64,000 nucleotides of DNA, from NCBI GenBank assembly GCA_964016885.1, contig OZ024742.1:262384001-262448000 (forward strand). The letters are read 5' to 3'. The DNA comes from Eledone cirrhosa. Its lineage: Eukaryota. Both the position numbers and the translations under genes were made by a program. A model generated the notes under the pieces. It did no database searches. It was not told the origin of the DNA and saw only the letters and a list, made by a program, of their open reading frames with translations. Position 1 is the first letter of the stretch. Each line of letters starts with the position of its first letter. Shown here one piece after another: positions 27,670 through 41,627 of this stretch.

Positions 27670-28007
27670 AAATAATAATTACGCATGAAGCAAATTTTAT
27701 TTAAATATTGATTTATGATCGTTTAGACCCATATTAGGACCTATCAAAATCAATTATTCATAAGCAAATATCTCATTATTTGGAGTCAAAAGGTTTATTT
27801 ACATTTAAAAAGACGCCATAATAATGTTATAGGCAGAGAGGCTAAAAAAAATATACGTTATCCAACTACAGAGGTTTAGTGTCAAACCACTCTAGCACTT
27901 TACTATAAAAAATATTTTCCAAATAAATAACTGAGAAATAGAAAAATAAAAGAAATATATATAATATAGACAACAAAATTATAGAAGATAAAAAGGAAAA
28001 AAATAAA

Positions 28008-28010
<3 letters not shown>
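27670..28010 (-). mobile_element. Dispersed element (family O) with degenerate HHR; homolog of 53110-53440
   Basis: Reverse complement reads UGAUU / UUGAUAG / GUCC..GGGUC / UAAAC-GAUC-AUA / AAUCA. Confidence 0.6.
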
Positions 28011-28094
<84 letters not shown>

Positions 28095-28319
28095 CTATAT
28101 ATCTATATCTATAACGGGCAAGAAAATCATGTATGTCCGTTCCCTTGTGGCTTCAATTTAGGATTATCTCCTGATTGTAACCTTATTGTGTAAGAAGCTG
28201 TCTGGTGAGATCATGACACTAGGTACTACGCAGAATCACGTGGCCACTGTCGTCATCGAAATATGTATCATGGTCTTATCAATAAAGGACTTTAACATCT
28301 AAACTACTTTGTATTTCCT

Positions 28320-28468
<149 letters not shown>

Positions 28469-28564
28469 TTTACATTACTCCGGAGTAACCAAACCAACCT
28501 GCGCACTTCGTCGAGTGCTCCAGCCTGCATACTGTATGTGTTGGTATACAACCAACATATACTC

Positions 28565-29030
<466 letters not shown>

Positions 29031-29055
29031 TCTATATATATATATATATATATAT

Positions 29056-29548
29056 AAATTAATAAAAATCATGAATAAAAACAAAGAAACAGTTCCTTAT
29101 ATTAAAAAATTCATGATTTTACGATCGTTTCTAGGATATATATGTGTGTGTTGGTATGTATATCATATAGATCTATGTAAAAGTTTTACAAACTATCAGA
29201 GGGAATGTACATACCTACACATATATATGCTGTCTTCATTTTCTGAAGACAGCATATATATGTGTAGGTATGTACATTCCCTCTGATAGTTTGTAAAACT
29301 TTTACATTGATCTATATGATATACATACCAACACACACATATATATCCTAAAAACGATCGTAAAATGATGAATTTTTTAATATAAGGAACTGTTTCTTTG
29401 TTTTTATTCATGATTTTTATTAATTTACCTTGACTCTGTTTTCCTGTGATTTTCATAGAAACAATTTTGAATACATCTCTTTTCATGATATTTGGATTAC
29501 ATTGAGTTCTTCATACGGATTGGACACTACCGTATATTTTGGTAGATT

Positions 29549-29552
<4 letters not shown>
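29056..29552 (+). mobile_element. Fold-back element family I (~185-bp near-perfect arms, 5-nt loop, ~125-bp tail) with long-stem-II HHR
   Basis: 29056-29239 is the reverse complement of 29245-29427. CUGAAGA at 29244. (G/A)AAAC-GAUC-GUA^AAAUG at ~29350-29368; the left arm gives the GAAAC version. Confidence 0.8.
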
Positions 29553-29637
<85 letters not shown>

Positions 29638-29850
29638 TTATTAAAATAACAGATTAAAGTTTAAGCAAAGAATCGCTGCTTTCACCCTTAACGGGATCTT
29701 CTGAAACTAAAAAAGTCAATCTGTGAACGCAGAAGTAAATATTTCAAAAAACGTTGCAACCGAAGGAAGACAGGAAGACGATACTTTGGTTCGTGGAAAC
29801 GTTCCCTGCCAAAGAACGAAAAAAAAACGAAGATAATACGTCATTATTTG
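29638..29850. repeat. Dispersed repeat (family K), inverted homolog of 41425-41627
   Basis: About 200 bp of high similarity in opposite orientation. Confidence 0.85.
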
Positions 29851-29904
29851 TTCCGGTGAAAACAATTACACGCAAGGACAAAACCACGTTTATAAATTAG
29901 TCGT

Positions 29905-30645
29905 AGACTAATATTCTATTAGGTGGAATTGGCCGATTAAAGTTTTGAGGCTGTTGTACCCCGCTCTACTGGGACGTGCTCCCAGATAGTCCCATCGTGC
30001 ATCTAGGATACCATTCCAGTCCCCCACTAAAAGTAAGGAGCGAGACGTTCCCAGAAAAAACTCTAGACGCTTAAAGAAGTCTGGCCGTGATTGCGATTGC
30101 CCGGTCGGGGCATAAACGGCCACCAGACTGAAGGCTCCACCTCCGATACTGTTCACGTCTAGGACTACCAGTCCACCCTCCGGGTCCAAGTGTACTTGCT
30201 GTACTCCGACGTCCAGGTTCTTTCAAAACATAACAGCCACTCCACCTCCACCTCCTGGCTGACAGAGGGATGCGTAGATCTCAAAGTCGTCGAAGATGGG
30301 GGTTAGTTGCTGCCTGTTGTGGATCCTGGACTCGGTGATGGCTATCACATCCATACTGTGTGACTTAAGGTCGTTTAAAAGTTGGCCCTGTTTCCAGGGC
30401 ATCTCTAGGCCACGCACATTCACGGTTCCAACTCGTAAACCAGCCATGTTGGTGAAGAAAAGTTGGAGAAAAAGGACGAAAGGTGCACTTACCTTTTCGT
30501 TTCCTGGAGATCGGGTTGTTCAATCTCCATTTGGGTGCTGGATGAGGTGTTAGGTGGGGTGGGGAAACATTTTAACAGGACGCGGTTGATGGGTTTCTGG
30601 CAGGGGTTGCCCACGTCCTGTGAACATTTATTTTTCAGGTCATTA
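29905..30645 (-). mobile_element. L1/Tx1-like LINE fragment (start of ORF2 APE domain)
   Basis: MAGLRVGTVNVRGL..DVIAITES..LVAVYAP..LLVGDWNGILD. Related to the 5.4-kb and 10-kb copies. Confidence 0.85.
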
Positions 30646-31039
30646 TAGGTTTCCATAGATAGATAGATATAGATATAGATGTGTGTGTGTGTGTGTGTGT
30701 GTGTGTACACATACAGATATGTATAATTACCATGAAATTCAGAGATATTTCTAAAAAAGATATTTTTTCTAACATGTTATTTTCTTGGTAAAATATAACA
30801 AGCCCCCCTCTCGGATTAAATATGTTAGTTGGGACAAGCCGTTTCTATTTGATCCTGATTATATACACCTACTTTTCTGATAATTAGACTGGCTTGTTCT
30901 TTCCCATTACCCTCCACTCAACCCAGTTAACTATTTAAGTGTGACCATTTACTGAAACATTCATAGCACGTGGCTGCAATCTGGTGAAATCAGTGTCTCT
31001 ACCCAAGGTTCCGTTAACCCAAAAGACTAAATACTGTCC

Positions 31040-31200
31040 ATTCGCCTTTACGTTCTGAGTTCAAATCCCACAGAGGTTAGCTTTGCTTTTCATCTTTAGG
31101 GGATCGATAAAATAAAGTACTACTAACGCACGGGTGTCGATATAATCGACTTTCCCTTCCCCAAAATTGTTGGCCTTCTGCCTAAGAAACCATGATTATT
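31040..31200 (+). mobile_element. SINE, 5'-truncated
   Basis: gttctgagttcaaatccc..ctttgcttttcatc..gatcgataaaataaagtac. Confidence 0.8.
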
Positions 31201-31323
31201 CTTTATTTATAGTAGTAGTAGTAGTGGTGGTGGTGGTGGTGGTGGTGGTGGTGGTGTTGGTAGTAGTAGTAGTAGTAGTGGTGGTGGTGGTGGTGGTGGT
31301 GGTGGTGTTGGTGGTGGTGGTTT

Positions 31324-31363
<40 letters not shown>

Positions 31364-31983
31364 GGTGGCAGTAGTAGTAGTAGTAACATGTCAAATTAAG
31401 CATAATAATAATTATACAATTTTCTTCTGAATTAACTATATTTATTTCAGTCTGTGACATTGGAGACGTTAGAAGTGATGTATGTCTGTGGCGGTGTACG
31501 GGGAGTAATCGTTGGCAACTCTTCTTAGTGAAGTATAAAGTGATACTCGTGAAGGCGCTTGACTGTTCCAGCGTCCTGGCCTCGCCATCACCCAGCCCTA
31601 ATGAAGTATCAGGAAATGCTAGTGAGGGTGCTTGACTGTTTTAACGTAGCATCCTCTCCATCACCAGCTTTATTGATGTTTGTGAGGATGCTTGGCTTTT
31701 CCAACGCCTCCAGCGATCACCGACGGTTATATGATGTGATGGTGGTGACGGTGAGAGTGGTGGTGATGTGTGGGAGTTATATTGGGTGGGTTTTGTTGTT
31801 ATGACAACAACAATAGTTGACCATTGTTAATATTCTCCCTCACAAAAGTGATGTTGACTTATTGCTTCGGCATATCTCTCAGGCACCACCTTCAATTACA
31901 ATTACATATAACAATTACATATAAAAATTTCAGTGTTGTACTTGTCTGACAAGTGACTTGATTTGACGCCGTGTGTTGAAACT

Positions 31984-34900
31984 GGGGGCATAGGGGGTTT
32001 GGGCAGGGGTAGTACCCTTGATGGTTGACAGCTGCACCCTAACTGGCAGGGTGGTCAGTCATCACCGGCCCCCACCCATCCCCTAAATCTCTCACGTGTG
32101 GCTCAAAGCGCCATGCCTCGGCACACCGCTTCAGCTGGTGGACTGAACCATGTGAAGGGGTGGTGTTGACACGGCACCACTAGGCGTATGAGCTTCAACA
32201 AGGAAGCCACTGGTTAAAGCAGAAGGAAATCCTCCCTCGGCACCGGTCCAGGACTGAAGGCGACCCACACCATATTCCGTGGCCATCGGTTTGCAATTCT
32301 ACCAGAGACTACTCCACTTACTGTCTCTTTACTAAATGTCAGTGGTTGGGCTTCAGGTCAGCGACCTGTTCCCGGTAAAACTCTCCTGCTACGAAAACAA
32401 TTCATAGTGCATCAGATTCAAATTCCAAGCAGTCAGGAGAACGGTTGTCTCTAACCGGAGATTGTGTGACGGGTGTCGGCGAAAGTCTCGATGAGGAAGC
32501 CCACATCCTGAGGACCAGAATTCTGTCTGCAAAAACAACCACACGTATTGGATATTGGAACATAAGAACTCTGTTCCAACCATCCAAACTTGCGCAAGTT
32601 ATCGGAGAAATGGAGTCCTACAAAATTAACATCCTGGGCCTCAGCGAGGTCCGCTGGACTGACTCTGGGAAGTTTGTCCATGAAAACAAGACCATCCTGT
32701 TCTCAGGCCGTCAGAACGGGACCCACCGAGATGGAGTTGCAATCATCATGGACAGGGCTGCCAGTAGTGCCCTTGAGGAGTGGACTCCTATCAACGAACG
32801 CCTAATGACAGCAAGATTCATCACATCACATGCAAAGGTCACCATGCCTCAGTGCTATGCTCCAACCAACAAACATAACAACGATGACAAGGACGCTTTC
32901 TACAAGCAACTACAAGATGTTGTCAACAAAACCCCACGTCATGACATCCTGATCATCATGGGAGACATGAACGCACAGATCGGGGGAAGCAGGGTTGGCT
33001 TTGAACATGTCCTTGGCCCCCATGCTTATGGAAACCGCACGGACAACGGGGACAGGTTTGTCCAGTTCTGTGCCATGAACAATATGAAAATCGGCTCGTC
33101 ACTATTTGACCACAAGAACATCCACAAGGTCACATGGGCTTCGAACGACCACAGGACCAAGACGCAAATAGACCACATTGCAATTGGCCCAAGATGGAGA
33201 ACTCCTTGCCTGCAGGACGTCCGAGTCTACCGAGGCGCAGATGTCTGTTACCAAACTTAAAATCAGACTGATGAAGCAGAAGAAGAAAGCACCCACTACA
33301 AGGCGTTTTGACACTACCAAGCTGAATAACGGTGACACACGAGGCTGCTTTGAGGAACAGATTTGCTGTCCTTGAGGAGTCTGCACCAGGCTCGGTCATT
33401 TGGTGGGAGGAAATGAAGAAGACCATGGAAGCTGCAGGGGAAGAAATCCTGGGCTACAGGAAGTCCCTCAGAGAAGCTTGGGTCAGCGACAACACCTGGC
33501 AGCTGATTAATGAAAGGAAAGCCCTACACCAACAGAGGCATGCCACTACCCCAGAGGCCATCAAAGTATATTAGCAGTATGTTGAGAAGGACAAGGAGGT
33601 GAAACGCAGCGCCTAAAAGGATAAACGAATGTGGCTTGAGAGTAAGGCAGAGGAGCCAGAAGCAGCTGCGGCACGCAATGACATGCGCTCTGTGTACCAA
33701 ATTGCCAAGAAAATCACCGGCAGCTCTAGATCTAACTCAGGCCCGGTGAAAGCGAAAGATGGTACGCTGCTTTCCAAGGGTGAAGAAAAGTTAGTCAGAT
33801 GGGCTGAACATTTCAAGGAAGTCCTCAACCGACCGGAGCCACGTATGCCAGCAGACATTAAGGAACCTACGAGTTTGTTACCTATCAATACCGATGACTT
33901 CACCGAGAAGGAAGTCCACATGGCCATCAAAACCCTTAAGAATAACCAGTCACCAGGTATGGATGGCATTTATGCTGAAATGCTGAAGTCAGGAGGCGAA
34001 AGCATGGTCAAGTGGATGGGCCAGAAGACTGGAGAAACGGAGCGGTTGTCTGTATCCCCAAGAAGGGCAACCTTGCCGATTGTGACAGCTGGAGGGGAGT
34101 GACACTTCTCTCCATACCAGGGAAGGTCTATTGTCTGGTGATCCTGAACCGCATACGTGGCATGGTAGACCGGGAACTGCGAGAACAACAGGCAGGGTTC
34201 CGACCAAAACGTTCCTGTGCAGAGCAGATCTTTACGCTACGCCGCATCATTGAGAGGTACAACGAATTCCAGAGGCCCCAAAGCATTCGATAGCATTCAT
34301 CGACCGTCACTCTGGAGCATCATGCATGAGTATGGTCTGCCCCAGAAAGTCATTTCGGCAATCAAACAGATTTACGCAAACTCCAAGTGCTGCATACGGA
34401 CAGAGGATGGTTACAGTGACTGGTTTGAGGTGGTTACTGATGTGCGTCAAGGTTGCTCGCTCTCTCCAATTCTCATTGCCATAGCCATTGACTGGGTACT
34501 AAGAAGAGCGTCTAAAGACCAGTGTATATCTTGGGTGGGAGAGCAAAAGTTGTCTGACCTGGACTTTGCGGACGATATTGCTGCACTTGTAGAGAGCACA
34601 GCTGACTTGCAAATCATTGTGAACAATATCAATGTCGAAGCAGGAAGCTTAGGTCTCAATATCAGTGCCAAGAATACCAAAAGCATGTTATCTGGGACAC
34701 ACCCACCACCAACTAGTGTCTTCATTGAACAGGGGGAGGTGGAGATAGTGGACAACTTCACCTACCTAGGAAGCTCCATTAACAATGAGAGCACCATGGA
34801 CAGTGAACTGAAATGTAGAATGGGAAAGGCTTCAGCAGCATTTAACCAGCTTGACAAGATCTGGAAGAGCAGGAAGTTCACCCTCAAAACAAAGATGAGA

Positions 34901-35330
34901 TTCTACAACAGCAACGTGCTGTCCACACTCTTGTACGGAAGTGAAACATGGCACCTTAAGACCAGCCAAGAGAAGAAGTTGGACGCATTCGATTCCAGGT
35001 GTCTGCGAAAGATTCTGGGGATTAAATGGAGTGACCATGTAACAAACCAGGAAGTCAGGAACCACACCAACCAGCAGCTAGTCTCTTCTACCATCTGCAA
35101 GCGACGCCTGGGCTGGTTTGGACACGCTTTGAGACTTCCCCCGGAGAGACTGGCGAACCAAGTACTTAGATGGAGCCCGCAGGGAAGCAGACAGAGAGGG
35201 ACCTGCGAGCGACAAACAGACAATGGCGGGACGCTGTGCAACTGGCTGCTGACCAAACGCGATGGAACACTATGATTGCCTCATGCGTCGCAAGACGCGG
35301 GAGCTTCTGAGTCTGAGTCTGAGTCTGAGT
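31984..35330 (+). mobile_element. Full-length RTE-clade LINE (decayed APE + RT ORF)
   Basis: IGYWNIRTL, LGLSEVRW, QCYAPT, MGDMNA, QIDHI, QAGFRPKRSC, KAFDS, VRQGCSLSP, LDFADDI, FTYLGS. 3' stem-loop tgcgtc-gcaa-gacgcg and (CTGAGT)4 tail. TSD GTTGAAACT at 31975-31983 and 35329-35337. Confidence 0.95.
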
Positions 35331-35814
35331 TGAAACTAAAGCAATTACATCATGTAAAAGTCATATAAGCCACAGTTGTACTTTCTGACAAGTGACTTGA
35401 TCTCAGACCGTGTTAAAATTAAAGCAATTACATTATGGAAGAATCATTTTAGTTATTTAAAAGACACCGAAAAACTGTTAACTTCACTTTACATCAATCA
35501 TCTATTTATTGGTGTTAAAATGTTCGCCGCACCGTTTGCGACATGGTCATTGACGCGGGTCCATTTTAATTGATTTTATTTTAAAGGAAATAACTCTGCA
35601 AAACTTTAAGGGAAATAACTCTGCAAAAAGAAAATTCTTTTAGAGTTATTTCCCTTGTCATCAACGAGAATTTTAATGTATGAAAAATACATTTATTCTT
35701 ATTAAACACTTAATCCCTAAACCTTAAAGGAAAATGTGTTTGATACAAGGTTAGGGCATTCATTCCCCCCAAGACAAATAATATTGTTATAATCATGGAT
35801 CACCAGTCTGGGAC

Positions 35815-36230
35815 CCCTATCGTGTTGAGAATATTGATTTCCCGGAAACTGTTCAGAGACGTGCAACCAAACGAATACCCTCCGTCAGCTATCTACCATA
35901 CTCTGAGCGCCTTGCTTCCTTGGGCATGGATACATTACAGCTCCGACGTCTGGCAACTGACTTGGTAGACACCCATAAAATTATTAACCATCTTTCCAAC
36001 AACAACTCTGAACACCTTTTTGAATTCCATATGTCTAACACTCGTGGACTTGCTTACAAAATCAGAAAACAGTACAGCTCTGATGATTTTGGAAACATTT
36101 TTTCACGCTCAGACTTGTTGAAGCATGGAAAAAACTACCTGAATCAGTTGTTAGCTGTCGGGACACTGCATCCTTAAAAACTTTCATGCTTCCCGAATTT
36201 CTCCAACACATATATAATATCCTGATATTC
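35815..36230 (+). mobile_element. CR1/L2-like LINE 3' end
   Basis: VQRRATKRIPS...YSERLASLGMDTLQLRRLATDLVDTHKII...TRG. Confidence 0.8.
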
Positions 36231-36554
36231 CCCCTCCATACACATGCACACGTGTATGTGTCTGTGTGTATATCATGACTCATACACTGTTCAATCTCCT
36301 GACATTTGTACATTATTCTATGTACTATACATGCAACATTTTATGAGTTGTAGTGCACCTTTATTATTATTATTATCATAATCCACGTAAACACCGCAGC
36401 ATGACTGAAGAGTTAAGTAGTACCCTTCGCAATGGTTCGGGTTCAGTCACGCTACACGGCATCTTAACCATTTAGAAATCAAACCGCCCGGACCCGCATC
36501 TGGTTCTACGACACAAAACTATTTATTTCAAATGGTTTCTATTTATCTAAAAAC

Positions 36555-37242
36555 CTTCCCTTTCATCCTTACAGGGTCGTTAATAAAGTACCAGTAATAC
36601 ACTGGGATAATTGCTGGCCTTGTGCCAAAAGTAGAAACAATTATAAGTTTATGTGGTGAATTGGCAGTACCGGTAGAGTTACGCACCTTTATGGTCTGAG
36701 TTCAAATCCCGCCGAGGTTAACTTTGCCTTTCATCCTTACGAGATCGATAAAATAAAGTACCAGTAATACACTGAGATAATTGCTGGCCTTGTGCCAATA
36801 GTAGAAACAATTATAAGTTTATGTAAAAACCTTTGTTAATATTATGTGCCAAACGCTAGCTTAATAATTAGAAAGTTATATTATTAAATATTCTTGATTA
36901 TTTTCAAATGATTTGAAAATTATAGACAGTGTCATTCATGAAAACTATGGTAACGAAAGGCTCAAGCATGGTTATATTATATTATATTATATTATATTAT
37001 ATTATATTATATATATCCCGCCGATGTTAACTTTGCCTTTCATCCTTACGGGGTCGATAAAATAAAGTACCAGTAATGTACTGGATAATTGCTGGCCTTG
37101 TGCCAATAATAGAAAACATTATATTATATTATATATATTCCGCCGAGGTTAACTTTGCCTTTCATCCTTACGGGGTCGATAAAATAAGGTATCAGCAATG
37201 CACTAGGTAATTGCTGGCCTTGTGCCTAAAGTAGAAACAATT
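36555..37242 (+). mobile_element. Cluster of four tandem SINE copies or 3' halves
   Basis: Repeated aactttgcctttcatccttacggggtcgataaaataaagtaccagtaat..ttgctggccttgtgcc units. Confidence 0.88.
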
Positions 37243-37250
37243 ATATTATA

Positions 37251-37329
<79 letters not shown>

Positions 37330-37483
37330 ATACAAAAAAGTTATGAAACAAAAGGAGCTGTGTGGTTACTAAACACAAGGTTTGGGATGGTGGTTAGGAC
37401 GGAACAGGAGGAGAGAGGAAGAAAGGAGTTTCCATTGTCAGCTGTAAATGTATCATATATATATATATATATATGTATATATA

Positions 37484-38937
37484 GGAACAAGTAGGACCCC
37501 GACGGCTGAGCTCAAGCCGTTTCGACGGCTAATTCTGGACTAAATGAACATTTTTAGCCTGGTAAATGAATAGCCGAACTTCTCAGGGGGTAATTCCATA
37601 TATGGTAAAAGTGATTGTCACAAGGATTGGTCAAAAGTTTGTTGTTAAGACACATGATTCTATCATGGCATTTTGTGGAAGGTAGGGGTAGCTGAACTTG
37701 CTTTGTCGTAGTTCTTTTCACCTTTTCGCCCACCCCGATGCAGCCCTTCGGTCCTCTGTAGCTTTAGTACCTCCAACCCCTTATTTTATGATAGAATTGG
37801 CCGATTCCGCTTTTTATAGCAGATGTGCTAGACCCCAGATACTTGCTTTCTTCTCTAGTTGCTGTCCCATTTCCGTGATTTCTAGATTTCTTAGTGGTAT
37901 TTCTGCTTTAGTTTCTCGTATATCAGTATTTATTTTTTGGAGGATTCTGAATTAATTTTTCGTATTAGTTTTTCTCATATATATTGTACGAGTATTTATG
38001 TAGATTGTATTAGAATTTATGTATTGCAGCAGTATTTATATATATTGTATTAGTTTTTTATATTTATTGTATGAGTATTTATGTAGATTGTATTAGAATT
38101 TATGTATTGTAGCAGTACTTATATATATCGTATTAGTATTCATGTTTCGGGATTCTGAATTAATATTTCGTATTAGTTTCGGGATTCTGAATTAATATTT
38201 CGTATTAGTTTTTTAGTATGTTGGCCCTCAACTTGTTGACCTGTCATTGTAAGATAGATTTGGCCGATTACTACTAACTATTGTAGTGGTGGTAGACCCC
38301 CTGTAATGATGGCCTCATAAAATTCTTTCACTACAATCTCGTATTTAGTATTCCTTCCCACCTATTAAACTTTTCTATAGCTTAGCAGTACCAGTGAGAG
38401 ATTTGATGATTGTGGAAGGGGACTAGTAACCAGAAATTGTTTTTTTTATATTTTGTATATTTTTTATATTTTCTATATATTTACTCCATTTAGATTTACT
38501 TATTGTTTCAACTTCCTCCCCCTCCCCTTCTCTAGTATACTTTTTCGACCTTCTATACACTATCCTTAGAATCTGCTGTAGTTTTCACTTTCAACGCTTG
38601 ACTGGGTTTCCTCCACTCCCTCTCCCTCTTTCTTCTACTGGCAAGTTCAGCTACCCCTACCTTCCACAAAATGACATGATAGAATCATGTGTCTTAACAA
38701 CAAACTTTTGACCAATCCTTGTGACAATCACTTTTACCATATATGGAATTACCCCCTGAGAAGTTCGGCTATTCATTTACCAGGCTAACAATTTTCATTT
38801 AGTCCAGAATTAGCCGTCGAAACGGCTTGAGCTCAGCCGTCGGGGTCCTACTTGTTCCTATTACCCACTCTACTACCCTAAGTATTGAGTACTTTGGTGC
38901 GTTATGGTCCATCTGGTTCCTTACCACATTTCCTTCG

Positions 38938-38938
<1 letters not shown>
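37484..38938 (+). mobile_element. Non-autonomous fold-back element family G (218-bp inverted arms, ~940-bp non-coding core, 80-bp tail)
   Basis: 37484-37701 is the reverse complement of 38641-38858. Flanked by (TA)n. Other copies at 62199-62390 and 24190-24256. Confidence 0.85.
38751..38846 (+). ncRNA. Hammerhead-like motif with C3-A8 core and stable stem III (family G)
   Basis: ACCCC / CUGAGAA / GuuCGGCUA...UAGCCGuC / GAAAC-GGCU-ugagcuc-AGCC-GUC^ / GGGGU. Confidence 0.65.
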
Positions 38939-38995
<57 letters not shown>

Positions 38996-38998
<3 letters not shown>

Positions 38999-39454
38999 AT
39001 ATTAATAAATGGAAACTACATTTATAAAACCATAATTATTTTATTATATATATTTCAAGGGCAACCAAGGCAAATTTTGGTGCGCTTTCATCAGATAAAA
39101 TACAAATTTGTTTTATAAATATTGACATACCCGCATAAAGACAACCTTAACGGTTGAGGTTCGCTGGATAGGGGAAAAATATTTTATTGAGGTTCGCGAA
39201 CCTCAACCGTTAAGGTTGTCTTTATGCGGGTATGTCAATATTTATAAAACAAATTTGTATTTTATCTGATGAAAGCGCACCAAAATTTGCCTTGGTTGCC
39301 CTTGAAATATATATAATAAAATAATCATGGTTTTATAAATGTAGTTTCCATTTATTAATATATTGAATATTTACCCCACTAATTTGTTGAGTGCTTTATA
39401 TCAGTTATAACATTTTTTAAGCTTGTTGAATCCCAACAAATTAAATATAACCTC

Positions 39455-39458
<4 letters not shown>
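38996..39458 (+). mobile_element. Fold-back element family H copy 3 (HHR 39261-39320)
   Basis: Arms 38996-39164 and 39195-39365 are near-identical; ~95-bp tail. UUUAU / CUGAUGA / AAG..CUU / GAAAUAUAUAUA^ / AUAAA. Confidence 0.88.
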
Positions 39459-39510
<52 letters not shown>

Positions 39511-39513
39511 CGC

Positions 39514-39557
<44 letters not shown>

Positions 39558-39558
<1 letters not shown>

Positions 39559-40450
39559 AAAAGGGGAACAAAAAATCAGTATTGCATCATATACATATTT
39601 AATTACATATTACATATGTATCAACTCGAGGAACGATCGATTAATGTTCGATCCTGACTCTGGAATCGGAAGCTCCTCAGATATGTGCTCACATGTAGAC
39701 TCGCATCTAATTGTGGTTGGATTGTCATTCATTATTTTAGGCTGGTCGATAAAATAAAGTACCAGTAATGTACTGGGTAATTTCTGGCCTTGTGCCAATA
39801 GTAGAAACAATTATTTTAGGCTGCCACACACTCTGCAAAAGGAATGCGTTATCGTTGTTTGCATCCTGTTAAATTGTATTTGGTCAACTCCCAGTGGGGA
39901 GGCGACCTAGAACTCAGCAGCTTTTACTGCCATTGCTTGGTCAAGAAGGTATTTTATGCTGGTCTCATACAGAAGCAATTCATGCATAACTGCCTGTATG
40001 TAGGACGTCTGTGGTTATAGTCTTTGAAGTAAGTAATAAGGAAAAAAAGAAATATAAACAAATCTGATATATGGCATTCGAAAGATAAAGAATACACTAA
40101 TATAGAAATAAAGCGTTAATGAAACAAATGATACGGACAGAAAGAATACGATAATGAATCGGATAACAATCCAACCAGACTTGGACGCGAGTCTACATGT
40201 GAACACATATCCGAAGAGCTTCCGATTCCAGAGTCAAGATCGAACATTAATCGATCGTTCTTCGAGCTGATCGGCAGTGAAACATATGTAATATGTAATT
40301 AAATATGAATATGATGCAATAGTGAATCTTTGTTCCCTCTTAATATTAGTATTGATACTCTGCTCCCCACGAGCATCGAGTGCTCATGTTGTCATACCGC
40401 CTACGGATGCAATTAATTTGCACCTCTAATGCACATGTATATCAGGAATG
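39558..40450 (+). mobile_element. Fold-back element family L (HHR 40205-40296)
   Basis: Arms ~39560-39710 and ~40181-40340. ACAUAU / CCGAAGA (CUGAGGA in the left arm) / GCUuCCGAU...AUCGGcAGU / GAAAC-AUAU-GUA^ / AUAUGU. Confidence 0.78.
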
Positions 40451-41075
40451 AATGCTTAAACAAGAAAACTGCTTACTAGAGAGTTTGACTCGACGTTATC
40501 CTTTGAATCGTATAGCATAAATATCTAAGCAGGGGAATATGGTATATAGTTCCAGAAGAGATCACGGAGTATATTAATATAAGCCAGTATTGCACCAAGA
40601 AAAATATAAACGTTGGTATGAAGTAGATTAGGAATATATATGCTTTAACATATGTTTCTGTGTCTATTATAATCGTCTACATATATATTGTTCTACAATA
40701 TATATTGTTCAATTATATGCAATACTTAATTATTTATCACACTTCATCAGAAAGCCTATAATTAGTGGAAGTGACTATTCACTAAGCGCCGACGTTTATA
40801 TTTTTCTTGGTCTAATACTCGTTTATATGTATATATATATATGTATGTGTGTGTATATATATATATATATAAAATTAGAATTTTATTTCTCACCCTATCT
40901 CAACTGATACATAAATGTAAGTATGCACACACACATATACACATATACAAATGTACGTATGGGTTATATTGAACATTGATAATAATGTTCGATTCGTTTG
41001 TTAACAAACGGCCCCATTTGAAGCTGTGCCGGTGACCGATCGTCAGCTGTTTGAGGAACAATCAACATGTTTCTG

Positions 41076-41181
<106 letters not shown>

Positions 41182-41627
41182 ACTGTAGTTGTCTGTGTGT
41201 GTCCTCATTTTTGCAAAGTCTATACAAATCCACATTTCTACTCCGATTGACTTCAAACTTGCATTTATATATTCCTTGCGGTCTAAAGATATTAGCTACA
41301 GCTTTTACTTTTCAATTTTCTGTTGTTAAAGGGTGTTAGGCGCCGGTTATTGATCTCCATCGAGCCCTTATAATATCTGTCTGTATGTCTGATGTCTGCA
41401 TTACAACATTCTGAAAAACATTGATGACGTATTGTGTTCGCTATTTTCCGTTCATTGCCAGGGAACGTCTTCACGAACCAAAGTATCGTCTTCCTGTTTT
41501 CCTTCGGTTGCAACGTTTTTCGAAATATTTACTTCTGCGTTCACAGATTGATTTTTTTAGTTTCAGAAGATCCCCTTAAGGGTGAAAGCAGCGATTCTTT
41601 GCTTAAACTTTAATCTGTTATTTTAAT

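Noticed and set aside
31545-31730. Three degenerate ~60-70-bp repeats as a coding exon
   Set aside because: In-frame stop and frame changes, with no recognisable domain.
36555-37242. Repeated ~110-bp units as a repeat-spacer array or tRNA genes
   Set aside because: They are tandem SINE 3' halves; A/B boxes are present in full copies but there is no cloverleaf.
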